Origin: Octopus sinensis
Lineage: Eukaryota
DNA length: 64,000 nt
Direction of reading: 5' to 3'
Assembly (NCBI RefSeq): GCF_006345805.1
Contig: NC_042999.1
Coordinates: 43,214,001 to 43,278,000, forward strand
Translations under genes and position numbers: made by a program
The notes under the pieces: generated by a model
Told to the model about the DNA's origin: nothing
Seen by the model: only the letters and a program-made list of their open reading frames with translations
Databases searched by the model: none
Shown here: in pieces, positions 1-12,252 of the stretch
Numbering within the stretch: the first letter of the stretch is position 1
Layout of the letters: every line of letters starts with the position of its first letter

Positions 1-1587
1 CTTGACAACCGATGGTGTGTTTACGTCCCTGTAACTTAGCGGTTCGGCAAGAGACCTATAGAATAATTACTAGGCTTACAAAGTATAAGTCCTGGGGTCT
101 ATTTGCTCGACTGAAGGCAGTGCTCCAGCATGGCCACAGTCAAATGACTGAAACAAGTAAAAGACTAAAGAGAGTATAGATAGCTTTTAAATACTGAAAG
201 ATTATGGGGGGGGGGCTCACCACATTAAAATAGTAAAAAAAATGGTTAAGAACCTCTACCCTTCAAGTAGTGCTCCAGTATGACCACAATCTAATGACTG
301 AATAAATAAAAGACAAAAGATAAAAAAATAAATACTGAAAAGAAAAAAAAAAAACTTATTTAGCTTCAGTGGCATTCACAGGCTTCTTTCCTATTTTCAA
401 AAATTTTCTGAGATACCAGAAATGGAAGATGTTCAAAGAATCAATTTCAATTGATAAAACAAAACTGAACGAAACAAAGCTGCCCCAACATTTTAGAGGT
501 AGGATTCTTTGAATACAGAGAGGAAAAAGACAGGAGTAAATGACAATTACAGCAAGAATGGTGATCTCAATTGATGGCTATGGAGATAATTTTCATCCTT
601 CGGATGGATGGTGAAGAATGGTGATGATGATGATGACAGTGTGAAAAGAAAATAGAAACGATGATGATGATGGTAATAATGATGCTGCTCTGATCTTGTT
701 GCTGCCGCTACTAATGCTAACGCCAACAACAAGCATGATGATCTACAGGGCTAATAGGTACTTAATTGTGTAACTAATTACATCATAGAAGACAATTATA
801 AATGCAATTATTATTATCATTACCGTTATAATTTTTATTATTATCATCATCATTCTTATTATTGTTGTTATTCTTTAAATAAAAATAAAACACATAGCAT
901 AGCATACAGACCAAAAAAGACAAACATACAAATGTCAAAAGCATAAACTAGGAAAAACAAAAAAAAAAGCATCATCATCATCATCAGTAACATTACAATT
1001 CCAAATATTTCATTGTTTTCAAATCAGGCAACTGTGTAACAAGACAGACAAACACAGTTTCATATTTCCACTGCAGTGCTCTATCTCTGTTTGTCAATGT
1101 AATACAATTATAAGCGAGGGGGAAATTTCAAAAAAAAAAATTTTTTTTGTTCTCTTTACTAAATAAATTTAATTAAAAATAATGTAAAAAACATAAAACA
1201 AACAAATAAATAAATAAATAAAAGCACCCCAGAAATTATTATTGGAAGCTTCTTTGCTAAACAGGAAGAGAAGAGCTGGCTTCAACCAGAAACCCATTCA
1301 TACTAAACCAAACAGCAAACACTTGGAAACTAAGAAACAAATTAAAACAGAAACATGCAAGAAGAAGCCATCCATCCACAATAGAGTTTTGTTTGTCTCT
1401 TTAACTTGGAAACTCAGAGAAAAATTATGGTTCTTCTAGAACTACAGGAGACCATTTGGAAATATGGAAGGGGAGGTTGTGAGAGTGGTTAAAGAAAGAA
1501 ATAAGAACAATGCTGAACAAGAAAGATAGCTGTTTCTAATTTCAGCACAAAGCCAGCAGTTTTGAGGGGAAGGGATAAGACAATACT

Positions 1588-1817
1588 TATTTCTTTATTA
1601 CCCACAAGGGGCTAAACACAGAGGGGACAAACAAGGACAGACATAGGTATTAAGACGATTACATCGACCCCAGTGCGTAACTGGTACTTAATTTATCGAC
1701 CCCGAAAGGATGAAAGGCAAAGTCGACCTCGGCGGAATTTGAACTCACAACGTAACGCAGACGAAATACCGCTAAGCATTTCGCCCGGCGTGCTAACGTT
1801 TCTGCCAGCTCGCCGCC
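1588..1817 (-). mobile_element. Young tRNA-derived SINE family 2 (central GCCTTTCATCCTTTCGGGGTCGATAAATTAAGTACCAG domain), nested in an older copy
   Basis: Head GGCGGCGAGCTGGCAGAA..GAGTTCAAATTCC; 12-bp TSD TAAGACAATACT (1576-87, 1818-29). Confidence 0.9.
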
Positions 1818-1917
1818 TAAGACAATACTAACAACTCCAGTTCTTGAGTGGTACTTTAGTATTATCAATCTCTAAAGGATGAAAGGCAAAGGTGACCATA
1901 GTTGGATTTGAACTTAG

Positions 1918-1952
<35 letters not shown>

Positions 1953-3103
1953 AAAAAATGCTACAAAGTATATTTTAAGACTAACATATTTGCTACCATA
2001 ATAATAATAATCCTTTCTACTATAGGCACAAAACCTGAAATTTTGGAGAGGAGGAAGGTCGATTACACTGACCCCAGTACTCAACTGATACTTATTTTAT
2101 GAACCCTAAAAGATAGAGTCAACCTTGGTAGAATTTCAACTCAGAACACGAAGACAGATGAAATACTGCTAAGCATTTTGTCCAACATGCTAACAATTCT
2201 GCCAGCTCACTGCCTTATATATATATAATTGCAGTAATAATCCTTTCTACCAGAGGCACAAGCCCTGAAATTTAGTGGAAGAGGATAGTCAGGTGCTTCA
2301 ACCCCAGAGCTCAACTGGTATATATTTTTTCACCAACCTTGAAAGGATGAAAGACTAAGTCAACCTCAGCAGAATTTGAACTCAAAGTGTAACAATTCTG
2401 AATTATCATCGTCATCATTGAATGTTCTTTTTTCCATGCTGGCATGGGTTGGACGGTTTGACTGGGGGCTGGCAAGCCAGGAGGCCGCACCAGGCTCCAA
2501 TCTGATCTGGCAGTGTTTCTACAGCTGGATGCCCTTCCTAATGCCAACCACTCCGAGAGTGTATTGAGTGCTTTTTACATGCCACCAGCATGGGAGCCAG
2601 TCTGGTGGCACTGGCATCAACCACCGTTTGGATGGTATGTTTTACATGCTACCGGCACATAGAAATAATAATAATAATAATAATAAACCTTTCTACTGTA
2701 GGCACAATTGAGTCAGTGCCATCAACCATGGTGCTTAATCACTACTTTTATTTTGTCATGGATGAAAGGCAAAGTTGAGTTCAAGAAGATCTGAGCTCAG
2801 AACAAACAACTGTAATTGTCTGATGCACTAACAATTCTGATAGTAATAATAGCCACAGAAAGAAGCCCAAAGTGTGCATGTGTGTGTGTATGTGCCTGTC
2901 CCCTACCATCACTTGACGGCCAGTGTTGTCATGTTTATATTCCAGTAAGATAGAGGTTCAGCAAAAGAGATCAATTGTGTAAGTACCAGACTGAAAGAAA
3001 TAATTACTGGGCATCAGTCTATTGGACCATGTCCAGCATGGTCACAGTCTAATGACTGAAACAAGTAAAAGAAAAAATAAAAGATAATAATAATGTTATT
3101 TAC

Positions 3104-3712
3104 CTGGCCTTTTTCTTTCTCAACCTTCTTGAAGCATTTATTCAGTGACAAATTATGCCGCACTGAATTTTTCCAACCTGTTGGTGCGCTTAGGAAGTAA
3201 GGGAAATTCTTTAATATCCAAGAGTAGATGTCTTTGACAGGCAAGCTTTTCTGTGGGGATTCCTCAATTGCCATAAAAATTAGGCAACTAAAGGAATAAG
3301 GGGGTTTATTGTTGATATGTTTTTGAGGATTATATGGTACATGGGGTGGGTGTATTGGGGTTGATGCAGGGACCACAGCTTGTATGTCTCCATTTTCTTT
3401 TTGTCCGTCCTCATCTGTTAGCTGGTCATCCACCTCACCAGCATTAATGTTCTTGATCAAATTGGTGTCCTGCAGCCACGCAAGGCTCGTTAGTTCATCG
3501 TCTTCATCCATGGGCCCTTTATCAAGGCGTAGTTCTGTGAAACAACTGTTACTCAGAGGATCGGTCTTCATATCTTCGGAATCAGAGTCCATATAATTGA
3601 GAGCACGTGACAGCGCACTCCCTGGGAAGCTCTGGCTTAGACTATTGACAAGTCTTTGCCGCATGGAAGCATCACTTTCATCAAGGCTCCTGTTGCTGCC
3701 CATGTTTGCCAT
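3104..3712 (-). CDS. FoxN2/3: Forkhead box N2/3 transcription factor, first coding exon in view (partial CDS: N-terminal region plus most of the forkhead domain)
   Basis: Translation contains DEDDELTSLAWLQ (cf. FOXN3 EDEELTNLNWLH) and NKPPYSFSCLIFMAIEESPQKSLPVKDIYSWILKNFPYFLSAPTGWKNSVRHNLSLNKCFKKVEKEKGQ, the FoxN2/3-type forkhead. A T-rich acceptor (ttttttAG, 3731-3730) lies 17 nt above the ATG. The donor CAG|GTAAAT follows 3104 in phase 0. The last 29 aa of the listed ORF are intron read-through, and no GKGSLW exon was found in 1-3100. Confidence 0.95.
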
Positions 3713-4670
3713 GGGCCATATATCAGCCCCTAAAAAATAAAAAAAAAATAATCACAATTAAGACATACTATTAACAAAAGGCATTTTCATGTGTGAATTT
3801 AATAATACAAAAGAGCATGTTTATTTATCTTTTCTTTAGTTTTAATATTTAATAGAATAAGAGGTAACTACAACTCTCCATGTATTATCTAAACACAAAC
3901 AAACTTTCTCCCTCTCTCCCTACATTTGTATAATTATCTATTTCAGTTGACGAAAACAATCTAAAAAAAACCTAAAGTTATCCACTTTCAAATGCTGAAA
4001 TAGGTTTGACAGTTGTGTCAATTTGCAGAAATTTGATAGAAAGCCAATAAAAAGATGTAATAGTGGTCATTCAAATGTTAATTCTTCAACTGATTGGGAA
4101 TTCACAGGAATTAAACTCAAAACTAATTTAAAAACTCCACTAATCTACCCTAACTGAAAGTTTTATTTAATCATTCTATTACTGCTTCCAGTCATTGAAC
4201 TGTGATCATGATGGTTTCATCCCTTTGAAGGATTTTAGTTTACTTTATCAATCCCAATATTTTATCTGGTGCTTATTTATTGATCTCTATTTATAGAATG
4301 GCTAAGTCCACCTTAAATGATATAACTCAAGCATTTTTCTTCAACACAGTTTTTCATGCAGCTACGCCACACTAATAGAACCACAGCTATCAAAGGCAGA
4401 CAAGTATAACTTGGGATCATGCCCATAGCTTTCACTAATTGCTTCAGATATCGACATAGACACCAGTAGATACGCCCACCACTCCTCTTGGTGTTCCTAT
4501 TCTTGACACAGCTGACTGTCCAGAATATGACAACTGGAAAGAGATAGGGCTGCACCAGCTCTTGTATAGTATTCATTTCAGCTGAATAGACTGGATCAAT
4601 GGGAAATGAAATGCCTTGTGCAAGGACACAATGTGCCACCCGGTCAAGGAATCAAACCTATGTTATAATC

Positions 4671-4972
4671 TTTCTTTCTTTTCACCCTTTTCAAGCCTAG
4701 CCAGGCTCATGGGCCCAGTTTCCCAGTTTCTGTGGTGTATGTGTTCCCCCCAGCTGAACGGGACGCCAGTCCATCGTAGCATTACTCAAGAAACAGGAAG
4801 AGAGAGTGAGAGAAAGTTGGGGCGAAAGAGTACAACAAGGGTCACCCCACCCTCATGGAGCTTTTAGGTGTTTTCGCTCAATAAACACACACAACGCCCG
4901 GTCAGGGAATTGAAACGGTGATCCTCTGACCATGAGTCTGCTGCCCTAACCACTGGGCCATTGCACCTCCAC
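4671..4972 (-). mobile_element. tRNA-derived SINE family 3 (head GTGGAGGYGCAATGGCCCAGTGGTTAG)
   Basis: tRNA-like head, body CCGGGCGTTGTG..GAGCGAAAACACCTAAAAGCTCCA, and a V-SINE-like GATGGACTGGCGTCCCGT segment. Related copies: 27561-27850+, 31940-32200+, 41059-41379-, 45921-46222- (TSD AAGAATCTTATA), 63915-64000+. Confidence 0.88.
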
Positions 4973-5134
4973 AATCATTAGACTAAAACTCTTAGGCCAC
5001 ATGCCATTATTATGCTACATCCATTTAGGTCATAAATGAAAATAAATGTTACCATTACTAGAGTTCCATAAGGTATGTCTACTCTATACCAACATAAATA
5101 TGGATGTGTATGTATTTACAAATTGCAGGACTCT

Positions 5135-5168
<34 letters not shown>

Positions 5169-5528
5169 ACACACACTTGTTCTACTAGATATTAACTTCT
5201 AAATGTTTAAATATTGATGTGTGTGTGTGTGTGTGGTGTGTGTGTGTGTGTGTGTGGTGTGTGTGTGTGTGTGTGTGTGTGTATGTTCTTGTTTCTGGTG
5301 TGTATGTGAATGTGTTCTGGTTTATTTTGTGGCTCTGCAAGACCAGTGAGACTGGTCTGGTTAATTCCCTTTTCTTTTGCAGGGTTTAGTCAGAAAAGGG
5401 ATAAGGGCAACAATAATCTTTACAGTCCTTTCCCAACTAATGAAACTGATGGGGATCATATTGATCTTGTCTCATTCAAGAGCACACAGACAGAACCACT
5501 ACATATATCAACAAACCATCATCATACT

Positions 5529-5568
<40 letters not shown>

Positions 5569-7526
5569 TGAAAGGTACAGAATGCAACCAGAACCTTCAG
5601 TATCACTACAAATGCAAGGCTTCACTATAACAGATCTTTCCTGAGGAATGCACATCCTTGACATAGCAAACACAGCATCACAAAAGAAGCCTTCTTTCTT
5701 CCCTTTCACAACCAAATAATACTTCAACTTCACCAACAACAATAAACTCTCGACGAAGGTGAGGTGAGCCCTACAACAGAGTGCTTACTCCCACATCTGG
5801 AACATTATCATTACAGCATACACATCCTTTACCAATTTCTAAAGAAAAGCTAATCTACTAATTGGCATTAAGTTCCCCACAAACACTTTAACCAGTGTCT
5901 CCTCTCTATGCCTTTTCTACCACTACTACCTTAGCCTCTGCTCTTCAAAGCCAAATGGTCACATACCAGCTCTATATAAGCACTTGGATTTCATTTGTCT
6001 CCCTCTCTCCCATATTGTATCTCTATATAAACACAGAATGCACCACACTAACTGCTACAGCCAAACATTCTTAATGGAGAACAGCATCCTTCTGGATATG
6101 TCTACATGTGTTTCTCCTGGTAAAATAAACTTGCAGCTTGTTTTAAGAGGAAATTAACTACATCAGTATAACTGGTCTTGCAGGGCATGCAAAGACCCTG
6201 GGCACAAAATAAATCAGAACACACACACACACAAACCAATAAACATTTGAAAGTCAATATCTAGCAGAAAAATGTGAGTAGAATATATGAAGAATAGGGT
6301 AAGTAGCTCTCTGTGCAGCAAAGTATACCTTTAAGTGCATATGTATTTATGCACATTTGTATGCACGTGCACACACACACACACACACACACACCTAGAT
6401 GCACACAGCTAACAAAAACAGAATAGTTACAAATGTTTTAAATAGATGGAAAAAAATTTTATTCCAAGAATAAAATTAACTAAAACACAAACTAATCACA
6501 ACTAAATAAAATGACTTTTCTACTATTAAAAACTTAAACACAAAAATAGATGCCTCTTAGTTAAAAACACACACACACACACACACAAACAAATACTCAT
6601 GCTCTTCTATTAAATGCTTTCTCCTGGCTATAAAAGAACAAGAAGGGGAAAAAAGGTGGTGGCTTGTTGTTCTTCTACAATTAGATTATAGACAGGAAGG
6701 AATTAAAAGAATTTATAAAAGACATTTTATAAATAGCATAGAGTTAAAATAATTGAAAGTATTGATCCATTGTATAGATCATTACTAAGTTCCTTAACCT
6801 ATATGAACTTGTATATCTCCTCTCTTTTTTTTTCCCAAATGGGGCACCCATGTATTTCCTCTACTGCAAGGCACCCATTTCTGTCCCTCAATCACACTCA
6901 AAACCTCTCCTCACACCTCAGTACTACTCCCCACTCAGCTGACAGGTCTTGTCTTGCAAATTACATGGTGACCTCACTGGTGCTGATGTCACATAAAATG
7001 TACCCAGTCCACTCTGTAAAGTGGTTAGCATTAGGAAAGGCATCCAACAACATAGAACCATGCCAAAGCAGACAGCAGAGCTGGGCCCAGTCTTCTGACT
7101 TGTCAGCTCCTGTTAAACCATCCAATCAATGCCAGAATGAAGGCAGACATTAAATGCTAACTATAATGATGATCAACATATTCATTGTACATTATTTGCT
7201 TCAAGTGTACTGTTCAACCTTCAATATATATACTGCTATCTCTAGCAGACAGGTGTCCACCAGTGAAGATAAGCACAAATAGCTCAAAACCAGATGGTCC
7301 GTTGGTCCCATCATCACTGAAAGATGGCTGGGGGTATGTGCTTGCAATATATATTGAGTGGAGATTGCATCGACAACCAGCTGGAAGAGGCATCCTCCAG
7401 GGGTTAAAAACATAGTAACATCAGTTTCTACGGAACAAACATGTTTAAGTGACAATAAACATTATTTCTCAGTACAGTTGCTACTTTCATCACTTATAAA
7501 GATTTTCTACTTTGCTTCTTTCATAT

Positions 7527-7572
<46 letters not shown>

Positions 7573-7786
7573 TACATACTTCATTACTGAACAATTACAC
7601 CTGAAATTCTAAGTAGTTGCAGTGATTAATATAAACACCAGCATTTCATGATGCATCAAATTTTTCAAAGGCATGTTTCAGTATACAAGAAATAGCACCA
7701 AAATCAACCTCAAGTCACAACCCAACCACAGCCAAAACAGTCAAATAGCTACAGTTATATAGGCACCAGAGTTGCACAATCTCTCT

Positions 7787-8182
7787 TTTACACTTCTACT
7801 TGTTTCAGTCATTTGACTGTGGCCATACTGGAGCACCACCATTAGTCAAGCAAATCGACCTCAGGACTTATTCTTTGTAAGCCGAGTACTTATTCTATCG
7901 GTCTCTTTCTGCCGAACCGCTAAGTTACGGGGACATAAACACACCAGCATCGGTTGTCAAGCGATGTTGAGAGGACACACAGACACACACACACATATAT
8001 AATATATATATATACATATGTACGACGGGCTTCTTTCAGTTTTTATCTACCAAATCCACTCACAAGGCTTTGGTCAGACTGAGGCTATAGAAGACACTTG
8101 CCCAAGGTGCCACACAGTGGGACTGAACCTGGGACCATGTGGTTGGTAAGCAAGCTACTTACCACACAGCCACTCCTGCACC
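7787..8182 (-). mobile_element. Family 1 SINE, full length
   Basis: Reverse complement of the 42022 element from head (GGTGCAGGAGTGGCTGTGTGGTAAG) to tail. Confidence 0.9.
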
Positions 8183-8884
8183 TGAATTTATAGAATTTTC
8201 CTAACTAGTGTGTCAGTATATAAGAAATAACAGCCATATTTCCCTCAAATCACATCCCTACCATATTTAAAAAGAATTTTTAAAGGATGTAAAACATACA
8301 TCATACAGTAAGATGGACAATGTCAGATCTAAAAAAAAAAAAAAAACTAAATGAGAGTCTGTTTATGTGGTCACCCAACCTGTTAGAAATATGAACCGTA
8401 ATTGGATAATGTATCAGTGCCTTTAGAACTAAAAAGATAGAATGATCATAGCAGGAATGCTTCTGATGAAAGGTTCCTCTATCAAAATAGACTTGGGTTA
8501 AACAACCTCAACAAATTGAGAAGTGAGTAGAGAATAAAAATAAATACAAATTACAACAGTGCAACTATTGAAGAAACTGACAAAGTATAAAGATGGTGGT
8601 GGTGATGGTGGTTGCATATGGTGGGCGGGAGTGAAGTGAAGTGATAGTAAAGAAATATCATATTCAAGGTTGGTTATGTAATATAACCTGCTGGGTGTAA
8701 CTCCAGCTGACTGACTGATTTATTCAACCAGATGTATGAGCAATGTGCAAACAATAAGAGAGAGGTGGAGGAAGAGAGGGAGAAGGGAAGGGGAGAGAGA
8801 GACTGCATGCATGGAGACAGGGAAGGAGGCTTAGTGACAGGATGAGAATTGTAAGAGTTGAGATGCAAAGTACTCTATGCATTA

Positions 8885-8887
<3 letters not shown>

Positions 8888-8923
<36 letters not shown>

Positions 8924-9305
8924 TGTGTGTTTGTGTGTGTACATGTATACACACACATATACACATACATATATATATATATACACACAGACATATACAT
9001 ATGCACATATATATACACATACATATGCACACATACACAGACACATATACACATACACACAGACATACATATGCACACATACACATATATACACACATAT
9101 ATATACACATACATATGCACACATACACATATACACACACATACATATGCACACATACATATAAACACATATATATATACACATACATATGCACACACAC
9201 ATGCACATACACACATACATATGCATACATGTATATACACATATGTATATACATACACACATATATATACATGCATAGATGTATATACACACACACATAT
9301 ATAAA
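8888..9305. repeat. Compound (TA)/(CA) microsatellite; similar tracts at 9840-10015, 10395-10710, 17770-18140, 23895-24235, 47300-47880
   Basis: Direct inspection; these tracts generate the Y/I/H/T and C/V/M/Y ORFs. Confidence 0.95.
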
Positions 9306-9620
9306 CACAGAAAAAGAGAGAGAGAATTATAACAGCAACATTATGTGCACACTGACACAACTGGCTCACTTAACCTGATCTGTGTACAATGCACAACAAT
9401 TGTAGACACAGTGTTTGCCTGTGTGCATGTGCTGCGTTGAAGGGTATCATACCTAATGAATAGAAACACACCCAAGTTACCACCTGCATATGCACTCACC
9501 AACAAATCTAAGTGCATATGAACACTCACATGCATGCACACATTCAAAAGTACATATGCACTTGAAGTAGACAGGTCTGTGCACAGATGCAGATATACAC
9601 ACAAACATAAAAATAAATAG

Positions 9621-9662
<42 letters not shown>

Positions 9663-10477
9663 CAGAAATACAATCTGAAAGACTAAAATAAAGGGAGTGA
9701 GTGGGGTTCCTCATTATAGGTTAATTTAGTTCAACAGGATTAGTGTCAGTCGCACCTTTGTTACAAAGGCATATCAATTAACTGACAAATAGCATCACAT
9801 ACTATAAAACAACAGACAACTTGTGGATGGATGCATGTATTTATGTGTGTGTATGTGTATATATATATACACACACACATATTTACATACATACACATAC
9901 ATATATACTTACATATACACTTACATACACACACATACATACATACATACATACATACATACATACATGCATATATATAAGTAAATATATATATATATAT
10001 ATATACATATATATACGTAACTTAGCGGCTCGGCAAAAGAGACCAATAAAATAAGTACTAGGCTTACAAAGAATAAGTCCCAGGGTCGATTTGCTCGACT
10101 AATTTGCGGTGCTCCAGCATGGCCACAGTCAAATGACTGAAACAAGTAAAAGATAAAAGAGATATACATATGTATGCCCATACATATGTATGTATGTATA
10201 CATACCCACATATACATATATATGTATGTATTCTTTTATTTTAGTCGAACAAATTGACCCAGGACATTCTTTCTAAGCCTAGTACTTGTATCAGTCTGTT
10301 TTGCTGAACCGCTATGTTATGGGGATGAATATATACCAACACCAGTTGTCAAGCGATGGTGGGTGGTGGACAAACACAGAATCAGAAACATACACATATA
10401 TGTGTATATATGTGTGTGTGTGTGTATATATATATATATACATATATATATACACACACACACACACATATATACAC

Positions 10478-10514
<37 letters not shown>

Positions 10515-10609
10515 ACACATATATATATACACACACCACATATATATACACATACACACACACACATATATATATACACATACACACACACATATATATA
10601 TATATACAT

Positions 10610-10640
<31 letters not shown>

Positions 10641-12114
10641 CACACACACATATATATATATACACATACACACACATATATATATATATATATATACACA
10701 TACACACATAAATCTTGCTTCAGTCAACTTTGCCTTTCGTCCTTCCAGGTTTGTTAAAGTACCAGCCAAATACTGGAGTTGATATAATGACTAATGCTTG
10801 ACCTTAAAACTGCTGGCCTTGTGCCTAAATTAGAACGCTGGCAAAATTGTTAGCACACCGGGCAAAAATGCTTAGCAGCATTTCATGACTTCATGTTCTG
10901 AGTGTGACATAGCCTTACATCCATCTGAGGTCAATAAAAATAAGTACCTGGTGTGTCCTAGGGATCAATGTAATTAATTTACTCTCCTCCCCTGAATTTG
11001 CTGGCCTAATACCAAAATTTGAAAACACTATTGCAGATTTGTTAGCACACCAGACTAAATGAATCAATAAAATAAGTACCAGCTGATAGTGGGGTTGTTG
11101 TAATCAGATAGCCCCTTCCCCTAATATTTCAGGCCTTGTGCTTAAAGTGATAAGTATTATTACAATTATTACACTCACGGAGTGGTTGGCATTAGGAAGG
11201 GCATCCAGCTGTAGAAACACTGCCAGGTCAGACTGGGCCTGGTGCAGCCTCCTGGCTTCCCAGACCCCAGTTGAACCATCCAACCCATGCTAGCATGGAA
11301 AGCGGACGTTAAACGATGATGATGATGATGATTATCATCACCAAGGAAAGAGGGGAACCCAGATGGAGAGAGCATGAGCAAGAAAGAGTGAGTGAGTGAA
11401 TAAGAGAAGGATTCTAGAGAGAGAGAAAAAAAAAACTTACTGTTTCCTTTGTATCAAAAAACCTAACTTCCATCTATATATAAATATATATATACATACA
11501 TACATACATACATACATGTACATCACAATGAAATATTTTCACAGAAACAGTGAAGTATTGCACAAACATGTTCAGGTATTTGATATAAATTTCATGTGAG
11601 CAGAGCATGTATGTGATTTTTATGAAATTAAAAAGCAATTTTTTTTCTTCTTTTACATCAGCATTCAAGACACTTCAATTCATTAAAATAAAATGAAAGC
11701 ACTCTCTCTCTTTCTCTCTCTCTCTACATAATGCTTAAAAATATGCCTATAAATTTGAAAAAAGCTTTGTGTTTGTACATATTTAAATTGCATTACAGTA
11801 ACTATTGCATTTATTTTCCTTATCCCAGCATTCAAGTACATTAAATTTATTGAAGATAAGTTAAGGGTAAGAGAGGTAACATCTTAATAAATTGTGTATT
11901 TGATTCTAAGACACCGAACAACCTTTGGTCAATAAAACAAATTGCTAAAAATAAACTTTGTTTTGGTGTAGGAGATCACGGGGCAAAACATTAAACTGCA
12001 TGGCATTTTAAGGTTCCAGTTTGGGAGGTCAGGACTTTTATGAAGTATAGAGTTACCACATTGTTAATACTTAGTCACCACTATTTCCATGTCTACTTTG
12101 TTCTGGATAGTAGT

Positions 12115-12252
12115 CATCATCATCATCATCATTGTTCGACCGTGGTCGAGACAATGGAATTTACCATGCTACACCAGACTTCACGGTCCATCATAGAATT
12201 ACGGAGATCCTGTTGCTGGATGCCTGTATTCCTGGAGATTACATCAGGGTAG
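12115..12252 (-). mobile_element. Short 5'-truncated copy of the same RTE LINE
   Basis: Closely matches 35058-35190; it has the TCGACC-GT-GGTCGA palindrome and a (GAT)n tail. Confidence 0.85.

Noticed and set aside
3014-3103. C-terminal 29 aa of the 232-aa ORF (VNNIIIIFYFFF..GPID)
   Set aside because: Read-through past the GT donor into the intron and an antisense SINE tail; not forkhead sequence.
5131-5282. Recurrent single-base interruptions in (CT)n and (GT)n tracts (also 15110-15150, 29457, 33707)
   Set aside because: The same interruption pattern at unrelated loci suggests consensus sequencing error rather than biology.
8724-10782. Many long ORFs rich in Y/I/H/T or C/V/M/Y (also 17695-18308, 23969-24919, 47288-48048)
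   Set aside because: Translations of (TA)/(CA) microsatellites, which lack stops in several frames.
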